From: Tortispora ganteri
Lineage: Eukaryota
Direction: 5' to 3'
Length of the DNA stretch: 64,000 nucleotides
NCBI GenBank assembly: GCA_003707115.1
Contig: PPNB01000014.1
Location: 124,001 to 188,000, forward strand
Shown in pieces: positions 36,925 through 44,892 of this stretch. Under the pieces are notes generated by a model. It ran no database searches. It was not told the DNA's origin and saw nothing but the letters and a program-made list of their open reading frames with translations. A program made the position numbers and the translations under genes. Position 1 is the stretch's first letter. Each line of letters opens with the position of its first letter.

Positions 36925-37486
36925 TTAGAAGTTGTCCTGAATGGCTTTCTTTTGCGAATCACTCAATGTGGTTGGGAATGTAACTGCATATTCAATAATA
37001 AGATCTCCAAATTTGCCTGGAGATTTAGATATCGGCATACCGCAGCCCGGATACTTCGTAGTAGATCCAGGAGTTGTGGGGCGTGAAGATGAGACACGGA
37101 TTTTCTTTCCACTGAGTAGCTCCACAGTCCTATCAAAACCAAGCAGAGCTTCCTTAAACGAAAGGCTAAGCTTGTATATGAGATTGTCTCCGTCTCTGCG
37201 GAAATTTGGATCTGACTTCTCATCAATTATAAATACAACGTCTTGGTACTGTCCATCCGGTTGTAAATCGCCTTCATTCGCAAACGTGATCTTAGTGCCA
37301 GCTTTCCAGCCTGGCTTAACGTTAATGGCAAGCACCTTGTCTTCGGTACCAGCTGCTCGTCGCCTGGAGATTTTCATTTTCTTGCTAACACCCTTGTAGA
37401 GGTCAGACAGGGCTACAGGCATTTTCACTTGGAATACAGACTTCGGGCCCTCTGGCTGCTGCGAGCGTCGAGCACCGCCACGACCA

Positions 37487-37518
<32 letters not shown>

Positions 37519-38085
37519 TCCGCCCATTCCTCCCATGCCTCCCATTCCAGGAATGCCGTGGACTCCTCCTCCCATAGAAGAGAATCCACTTCCATCGTCC
37601 TCGTCGGAATCCATGCCGAACAGACCAGAGCTCTTCATGAACTGGGAAAAAATGTCATTGGGATCGCTTGCTTGAAAACCTCTGAATCCATTCGGTCCAC
37701 CTGAAGTCGAGAAATGGAATGTTCTTGTTCCACCACCAGGTGCACCACCTCCGAAACTGAACCCGCCTCCAGGAAATCCGCCAGGGAATCCACCAGCACC
37801 ACCTCCAGGGAACCCATTTGCTCCGTCAGGGGTAGCACCGGGCGGAACTCCACCATGGCGAACAAACTCTAAACCATACTGGTCATATATTTCTTTCTTT
37901 TCTTTGTCTGACAAAATTTCGTAGGCTTCAGAGACTTCTTTGAACTTTTCGGCAGATTTTGGATCATTGCCAGCTTTATCGGGATGATACTTCAGGGCCA
38001 TCTTTCGATATGCTTTCTTAATATCGGCTTCCGATGCATCTGGCTTGATTCCAAGACGGTCGTATAATACTGATTCTTTAACCAT
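36925..38085 (-). CDS. SIS1: Type II Hsp40 co-chaperone
   Basis: MVKE..LYD, KYHPDK, G/F and G/M regions, [24 protein letters not shown]. Confidence 0.95.
37487..37549 (-). repeat. Seven tandem 9-bp units encoding the (GMG)n G/M region of Sis1
   Basis: + strand CCCATGCCG x3, then CCCATTCCG, CCCATTCCT, CCCATGCCT, CCCATTCCA. Confidence 0.9.
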
Positions 38086-38210
38086 GTTTCAATTGACTAA
38101 TACGAAAAATTAATTGGGTGAGCAATGATATATATACGGAAGTCTATCGTAAGGTAGATCGAGTGGAATCATTATAAACCTTATTTTGATATGGTCCAAT
38201 AAAAAGTTTC

Positions 38211-38233
38211 GAACGTTCTAGAAACGTCTAGAC
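38211..38233. promoter_or_regulatory. Heat shock element upstream of SIS1
   Basis: GAAcgTTCtaGAA (perfect 3-unit nGAAn array) continued by degenerate acGTCtaGAC; TATATATA near 38129-38136. SIS1 is a known Hsf1 target. Confidence 0.8.
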
Positions 38234-38674
38234 CCGGAATGAGACCGTCGCAGCTTCTTTCTTACCAAACGATCTCAGTTTGCAATTGCTAATTACAAGT
38301 GTTATAATATGACAAAATGTATCAATATATTAGTTAGTTTTAAAATCTATAGATTGGGGCTAGTAAACAATTTGGTGGATTGTGGATGTGAATAAAGTTT
38401 CGACGATACCTCTCTAAAGATGTCCAAACGGCTCGGAGTATATTACAAGAAAGTAAAAATTCGCAGATATACATTTATTTATGGCTAATCGCCTCTAAGA
38501 GTTTCAGTGAGGCGATATAGGAGTTGTCGTCTAAGTCGAGACACGAAGAAAAGTACAGTACAATACAAGGAGCACTGCGCAAATGCAGCAATCGGACGAT
38601 TGCTTATCGCAACAAAAGGAGGAATTGATTTCACGCATCACGCTCCATTATACTTTAGACAGCACCCAAGCGGA

Positions 38675-39730
38675 TTAATTGTGAGGTGAGTTATGAGTGT
38701 TGGTCAACTGGTTGAAAATTCCAAGCTCATCCTGTAGCTGAACAGAGCTTTGAACTTTAGGCTGATCTTCACTCTCAGAGTGCTCGTCTTCTTGCTTGAT
38801 AACTGCTGCAGCAACTGCTGCAGCTGCAACAGATGCAGCATCAGTATCATTAGTAGATGATTGCTGCTTATTTTCTACTGAGCCCGAAGAGGTAGCTGGA
38901 CCACCGGCGGCAGAATTAGAAGCAGCAGACACGGATGGTGGGGAAGAAATGCCACCCGTTGACGACGCCGAACCCGAGGTAAGATGAGGCGCCACTTGCG
39001 GCAAGTTGGGGTTCACATCGGCTAATATATCGATTCCACAGTAATGGTACTTTGAATGGCCTCTAATACCTAAGCGGCGAGTTTTGATGTCAGGGAAGAT
39101 AACGCGCACTAATTTGCCGAACGAAGCAGGATTGAGTGGACGGCAATGAAATGCATTACAAGTATTGACATAATGATTGTATATCCTGCTCCTAGGGATA
39201 GCCGAGTTTGTCTGGATAATACAATGTCTCATGAGCCAGTTCATTCCAAAAACCTGGCGTGCCTTCTCAGCATTGGGTCCACCTTCCTCATCTCTGACGC
39301 GACTTGCTATCTGTTCAATTGACAGACGAAGGTCGTTTTCCGCGTTGTCCCTAAGTTCCCTCTCCAGTTCCTCACTTGGGAGATGATTTCTACGTCGTCG
39401 CGAAGCAGGAACGCCCAGCACAACAGACTGGCCTTGCATCGCAGCTACCGCGGCAGAATCGAAATGAGCTCCTTGGCCAATTATAGCCTGCGACTGCATG
39501 AGCGGCTGGGGATTCAGCGAAGAAGGGTCGAAATCAGGACCCATGAAATAACCTTGAGGAGGCATATTATGTTGGTTCGGTTGGTGCATGTATTGCTGCA
39601 TGTAGTGGTTGTCCTTGTCAGACTGAGAGGTCTTATGTTGGCTGGCACTGTTCTTTGGTGCCGATGAGCCTGTAGAAGCGCCTCCAAGAGCAGGATCTAT
39701 AGCAAACGTAGTGGACTCCAAGTCTTCCAT
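38675..39730 (-). CDS. RFX1: RFX winged-helix transcription factor (short form)
   Basis: EKARQVFGMNWL...AIPRSRIYNHY...PLNPASFGKLVRVIFPDIKTRRLGIRGHSKYHYCGI. Confidence 0.85.
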   Translation of the reverse strand: MEDLESTTFAIDPALGGASTGSSAPKNSASQHKTSQSDKDNHYMQQYMHQPNQHNMPPQGYFMGPDFDPSSLNPQPLMQSQAIIGQGAHFDSAAVAAMQGQSVVLGVPASRRRRNHLPSEELERELRDNAENDLRLSIEQIASRVRDEEGGPNAEKARQVFGMNWLMRHCIIQTNSAIPRSRIYNHYVNTCNAFHCRPLNPASFGKLVRVIFPDIKTRRLGIRGHSKYHYCGIDILADVNPNLPQVAPHLTSGSASSTGGISSPPSVSAASNSAAGGPATSSGSVENKQQSSTNDTDAASVAAAAVAAAVIKQEDEHSESEDQPKVQSSVQLQDELGIFNQLTNTHNSPHN

Positions 39731-40273
39731 TGTGAATTATATGAAACGGAATTGGATCAAATACACGGCTTGTTGAGATGTACGCTGTGATCGCTTTGTA
39801 AACAGACGAGGCAAGGATCACGGTTCGAAGCGATTGAGGAACAGATGCAGTAGCTAGTGGAGAGATAATGTAGACAAAATCCTCAGTGGCGACCGCTATG
39901 AATTAGAACGGTTTCGATCAGAAAGCAGAAGCGATGCAAACAGATTCAATAACGATTTCGTTCTGTATAGAAACGAAGCTACGAATGAATACGTGTTGTT
40001 GGTATGACGACGGCTGACCCTTCAATGTGTTTTAGGAAGAAAACAGAGATTAGCGTAAAATTGGCTTGCAAGGAAAAGTGGCGTTGTCGTGGAGACGAAA
40101 AGGGTGGTTTAAGGGTGTAGGGTATAATAGAGTATGTTTAGAAACCTTTTTTTCTGAGATCGAGTGTATTGTGCTATTCCGGCCAGGAGTGATTTAGCTC
40201 TTTGCGCGCCCGACCTCTTTTTGACTAATTTTAAACGAGTTAAAAGCGAAATAGAAACTTCTTTTGAGACATA

Positions 40274-40828
40274 ATGAGTGTTAACGCATATTTGAGTGAA
40301 ATCGACAAGGTAAGCAAAGAGAATTATGCTGATTGAGATATGTAGGACACCAAAGAGATATAGCTAACATGACGAAACAAGGCATTGTCGAAATTTCAAT
40401 ACGCCCGTATTGCGGAAGCCCGCACTGGTATCCCTAAGGCATACATTGCACTTGGATTGGGTGGAATTTACATCTTGATGACCTTTTTGAACATTGGAGG
40501 AATAGGAGCATTGCTTGCAAACTTCGCTGGTCTTGTTATTCCTGGATACTACTCGTTGCTCGCATTGGAGTCGCCTTCTGACAAGGACGATAAGCAATTC
40601 CTCACATATTGGGTTATATATGCAGGATTTACTGTTATTGAATTTTGGTCTCGTGCAATTCTGTACTGGATTCCATTTTATTGGTTTTTTAAGGCTATTT
40701 TACTCTTATGGCTTGGTTTGCCACATACTGCCGGTGCTAAATTTGTCTACAACAGCTTTCTTCAGCCTTACGCCAAGAAGCTCCACCAGTATGCTGGAGC
40801 GCCAGTCGATGCTGCTAAGACCGAATAA
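40274..40828 (+). CDS. YOP1: ER tubule-shaping protein Yop1/DP1; two exons 40274-40309 and 40382-40828 (160 aa)
   Basis: Exon 1 MSVNAYLSEIDK; intron 40310-40381 with GTAAGC donor, GCTAAC branch 40363-40368 and AAG acceptor; exon 2 ALSKFQ...PGYYSLLALES..DDKQFLTYWVIY...WIPFYWFFK. Confidence 0.92.
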
Positions 40829-40991
40829 GAGTAATATTCGCGCAATCATAACGTATATATTGAAGCATATCCGTTTTTCTTTATATTATTAATTTGTAGA
40901 AGCCCCTTCCAGTATCGCAAAGAAAAAAAAAAACAGGAAAAAGAAATCAATCGCAGAAAATAACAAAAAGAACCTGCCATGTTCATTCGAT

Positions 40992-42209
40992 TTAGCTCCA
41001 ACTAGAGTACACAACTGCAGAAAAAGCGTCTAGTTCGGGTACTTTATCCATCGCCATTACGTATTCATTAGGCTGTCCATGAGCCATAACGTGTGCCTGC
41101 CTTGTTGTTGTAGCGAGAACTGTTGCAAATTTCAGTGTTCGTTGAGGAGGGCCTCCTCCATTGGCATCGGATGATGACGATCTAATCGAAGAGCTTCTGA
41201 TCCTATCTAAAAGTACTGCCATTCCGGTTCGTGCGAGGCTGTTTACTGTTTGCGCAGCGTGTGGCGATTCCATAAAGTCCGCCGCTTCGTTTAGAAGTTT
41301 TCTCAGCGGTTCTGATGGTATACGATGCTCGGTAGCTGCTGTGTTGATACTCGATCCTGAAAGTACCGATATCGAGTCTGATTCTAGTCGCGGGTCTGCC
41401 TCGACACGTCCAGCCCGTTCAGCTTGGTCTAATATAAACGACTCTTGATCAGCAGGCGCAGTCACAGCTCCAGAAATGTAATCGGATTGTGCCATAGCCG
41501 TCTGCATACGGTCAAACAGTTCCAAAACCGATTCCACAGACAATTCCGCGCGAGGATCAATATCGTTAACTGTTTCTCGTACAGCTTTTTCTGCGCTGGC
41601 TTGGATTTCTCGCCATCCCGAATTAAGAAACCACCAAGAGAATGTCAGGAACTGACGAGAAATGTCGACGTCGAAATCTGTCTCTCCGCGCACAGCTGCC
41701 ACATAAGATCGTCGGCCTAGCAAGTTAAGCTGCAATCTAGTGTATACAATGAGGACAGCCATCGCGTGGATAAACGTAAGTGCACGCGTCAAGGCTTCAA
41801 TTTTGAGTCGCGACCATAGCTCGATCTTTGAGAGCGGTCGATCGCCACTTTCAGAAGCGGTTTCGGTATTTGAAGAGGTGTTGATGTCACTTGACGTCGT
41901 TGACCCCTCAGAACCGCCTCGGCGTTTCTGCAACTCCTTTGTTATGTTCTCAACTTGCATGTTATCAAGCATAGGATCCATGAGACTCGGAAGTAAAGCC
42001 ATGACAGTGAATACGGCGTCCTCTTGGTTCTGTGAAAAGCGTTTAGATAACGTATCGCGATCAGCGCGATCCTTCAGCATCCTGGCGTGTATCCTTCGCA
42101 ATTTGTCTGCAAGCGCTCCGTACAAAACATAGCTCAGCGCAATAAGACCAGAAGTCCATAGTATTGTTCTTTGTCTGCGTTTAACTCGTAGCCACAGTGA
42201 TTCAAGCAT
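40992..42209 (-). CDS. PEX3: Peroxisomal biogenesis factor 3
   Basis: Basic N-terminus plus TM, RFSQNQEDAVFTVMALLP, KIELWSRLKI, RLQLNLLGRRSY, FLTFSWWFLNSGW, ELDAFSAVVYS. Confidence 0.93.
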   Translation of the reverse strand: MLESLWLRVKRRQRTILWTSGLIALSYVLYGALADKLRRIHARMLKDRADRDTLSKRFSQNQEDAVFTVMALLPSLMDPMLDNMQVENITKELQKRRGGSEGSTTSSDINTSSNTETASESGDRPLSKIELWSRLKIEALTRALTFIHAMAVLIVYTRLQLNLLGRRSYVAAVRGETDFDVDISRQFLTFSWWFLNSGWREIQASAEKAVRETVNDIDPRAELSVESVLELFDRMQTAMAQSDYISGAVTAPADQESFILDQAERAGRVEADPRLESDSISVLSGSSINTAATEHRIPSEPLRKLLNEAADFMESPHAAQTVNSLARTGMAVLLDRIRSSSIRSSSSDANGGGPPQRTLKFATVLATTTRQAHVMAHGQPNEYVMAMDKVPELDAFSAVVYSSWS

Positions 42210-42439
42210 TTCGGCTTAAGCGTTTCGTGGCTAAGAAACTATAGGTCTGTTGGCGGGTCCAATGCAGAAAAGCAACAGTAGCAGGTAAATTATAGGGTTA
42301 AGGGGTGCACCCTAAAGTGGAAGGTTTTGGGAGACCGTTCCCTCTCCAACCCGGTTACCGTTCAGTTTGGCGTTGTGTAGCAGCATAAGTGACAACACTT
42401 ATTTTTGCAGATACTTGCCACTGTGATTCATGCTGAATA

Positions 42440-43015
42440 ATGCTGCTTAGCCTAGATGATGCAGACGAGAAGGCGATTCAGGCGGTCCTGCACACTATCC
42501 TGTTTCATAGGATGTTCTCAACCACAGCGCCCATAGCGCAGAGATACGAGAGCTTGCGGTACACCACCGTCAGCGACCAAGAAGAGGTCAAAGTGATGGA
42601 CACTGCAGCGTACAAAGCATCCAGAATTGCATCTGAACATGGCAGTTGTTTTATTATAATACAGTTCTTTGAATGTCAAAAAGGCCGTAAGGCCTTCTTT
42701 TATAAAACAGCACCTTTAGCTGTATGTTGGGAAACATGGGCTATTGATCTTAAGGCCAACAACAAACCGAGCCACTCCGTCGATCACGTTAAAAAATGCA
42801 TATTGGATATTGTTGATTATGCTAACTCCGACGCTGTTACCATCCCGCCTATCACGTCAAGTGAGGGCAATCCTTTCCCGTACCAGATTACATTACGCAC
42901 AGAGAAAGACGCCAAACCAGTATGTGTGCTGACATCACCGGGACTCCCTGATGTCGTGGAGCAATCCGGCAACGATTGGTCCGATATGCTCAAGAAAGTC
43001 GTCGAAGGACAGTAG
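42440..43015 (+). CDS. ATG101: Autophagy HORMA protein Atg101
   Basis: AVLHTILFHRMF, IQFFE...RKAFF, VCWETW, IPPITSSEGNPFPYQI are characteristic of fungal Atg101. Confidence 0.85.
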   Translation: MLLSLDDADEKAIQAVLHTILFHRMFSTTAPIAQRYESLRYTTVSDQEEVKVMDTAAYKASRIASEHGSCFIIIQFFECQKGRKAFFYKTAPLAVCWETWAIDLKANNKPSHSVDHVKKCILDIVDYANSDAVTIPPITSSEGNPFPYQITLRTEKDAKPVCVLTSPGLPDVVEQSGNDWSDMLKKVVEGQ

Positions 43016-43130
43016 GACATACCGAAATATTTGTCAGTGCATCATTATGTCATTTATGGCATTCACTCCAACCGCGAGTAGAGTCTATCTGTTTTATTAA
43101 TAATGCTGATCTGCTATTATAGCAATACAA

Positions 43131-43889
43131 CTAGGCCCGCTTTTTCGATTGCTTTGAGTATTTCCTGACATGCCGCCTCTTGGACTGGATCTCTTTGTAT
43201 TTCTTGGAGAAATACTTCCTGGCATCTTCACTTGATAACAGTTCCTGTGCTAGCGTTCTATGTCTTTCTTTCCTCGTTAACCTTGACGAGAAAAACTCTG
43301 TAGGTCCTTCAATAATTGTTCCACTTTGGAAGAATTCAGGAATCTTCTTAGAATCCTCTCGTTTATAGTGACGTTTAGGATCCAGAACGCTTCTCATTTT
43401 TAATATTTTCAAATCTCTCTCAATTTCAGGTGTCATTTCTGGTTTCTTCATATCGAACCATTTGGCTCCTGTAGTTTCTGATCGAGCCTTATTTGAGGTT
43501 TCGTTAGTATTCAATGACTTCATAATAGTATAAGAACGGCATATCAGTGTAACTATGACAAATATAAATGTTCATAAAAGTTCGAAGTAAAGCCAAAACA
43601 GCTCACTCATAAATGAACTCCTCCATCGATGTAATTTAAAACTGTCATCATTTATGCATCTGCTCTTGTCTTTTAAACTTACCTTCTGACTCAGCTTCTT
43701 CTCAACAAGCGGATCTTTGACTGTCCGTATACTGTAGAATTGTGCAACATTGTCAGATACGTGCGCATCACTGCTGATCATTGATCGTAGCGCCGGAAGT
43801 TTGATATCACTAATATCACTTTTTACAGACGGCTTCGAATCTAACGACTCTTCTGCTTTACGCAAAAGTTCTATTATATTACTATTCAT
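43131..43889 (-). CDS. FCF2: rRNA-processing protein Fcf2; two exons 43889-43683 and 43487-43131 (187 aa)
   Basis: Joins two ORF-track fragments. Exon 1 ends ...KDPLVEKKLSQK; intron 43682-43488 has GTAAGT donor, TACTAAC branch 43509-43503 and AAG acceptor; exon 2 ARSETTGAKWFDM...DLKILKMRSVLDPKRHYK...PEFFQSGTIIEGPTEFFSSRL. Confidence 0.9.
43539..43657 (-). ncRNA. Intronic box C/D snoRNA predicted to guide 25S rRNA Am2256 (snR63/SNORD46-like)
   Basis: Minus strand: GCATAa-ATGATGA (box C, 43651-43645)...GTCATAGTTAC-a-CTGA (box D, 43547-43544)-TATGC. Terminal stem GCATA/TATGC; 11-nt complement to the conserved LSU sequence GUAACUAUGAC. Confidence 0.85.
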
Positions 43890-44200
43890 AAATGCAGGCA
43901 ACTGAATTAACCAGCAATTCGGTTAGTATAACGAGAATTGCACCACAGCTTTATTTCGAATGATCAAACACTTTCTGTCTTGAAAATTAAAAAAAGACCG
44001 TGAAGAAATTTATATATATATATAGATTTTTCTCTACTATGAGTTGTTACCGTTGTCATAGCAATTTCCTTGTTATGGTTATATCTTTATTTCACGGACT
44101 ATCTACCCGTCACTTCCTTCCTCATTCCTACCGTAGTAGAGTAAACAACTACTCTAGTTTTACTGTAGCGCTATATTTTTGATTTCTATTTACTTCAGTC

Positions 44201-44674
44201 ATGAGCGATCCTCAAGCTGTTTTTGCTAATGTAACAGCGGGAATTCCCAGCCGATACGCGCAGGTAATGCTAACTTATTGGCAGAATGTTATCGATGACA
44301 TTGAACGCACCGACGCCCAAGATCTAGTGAAATCTCATCTATTGCCACTCGCGAGAATCAAAAGAGTTATGAAGACCGCCACTTTGGCTGATGATCCTGA
44401 TCTTCCTTATCGCGCAGATCGTGCTGCTTCAGAAAGTCAAGATGGTACCGCTAGTCATTTACCGCATCCTTCAGATGGTAGAATGGTATCAGCAGAGGCA
44501 ACCGCTTTGTTTGCTAAAGCTTGTGAGATATTCATCACTGAATTGTCTATGCGAGCTTGGATATGTGCTGAGGAAAGCAAGAGAAGAACTTTGCAACGTG
44601 CTGATATTGCAAGAGCTGCAAGCCAGAGCGATATGCTCGATTTCCTTATCGATATTGTGCCCCGAAATCGCTAG
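44201..44674 (+). CDS. NF-YC/Hap5-like histone-fold protein with a loop insertion
   Basis: MLTYWQNVIDDIE, HLLPLARIKRVMK, MVSAEATALFAKACEIFITELSMRAW..AEESKRRTLQRADIA...DMLDFLIDIVPR. Confidence 0.85.
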   Translation: MSDPQAVFANVTAGIPSRYAQVMLTYWQNVIDDIERTDAQDLVKSHLLPLARIKRVMKTATLADDPDLPYRADRAASESQDGTASHLPHPSDGRMVSAEATALFAKACEIFITELSMRAWICAEESKRRTLQRADIARAASQSDMLDFLIDIVPRNR

Positions 44675-44892
44675 GCACCGTGACCACTCTTACACTTCTT
44701 TTACTTAATTCAGCTTGATCCTCCAAGACGTCATTGATCAGTATAGTCAATTCCTTTACTTATTTACACCCACACGTTCTATTTGCAATCCTTCGGCTGC
44801 TATATAATTTCCAGCCCTTCTCAGTCTTTCATATTTTCTTTATAATGTTTATTTAAATCATTCGTAAGTGTAATGCATTCTGCCACATCCCT

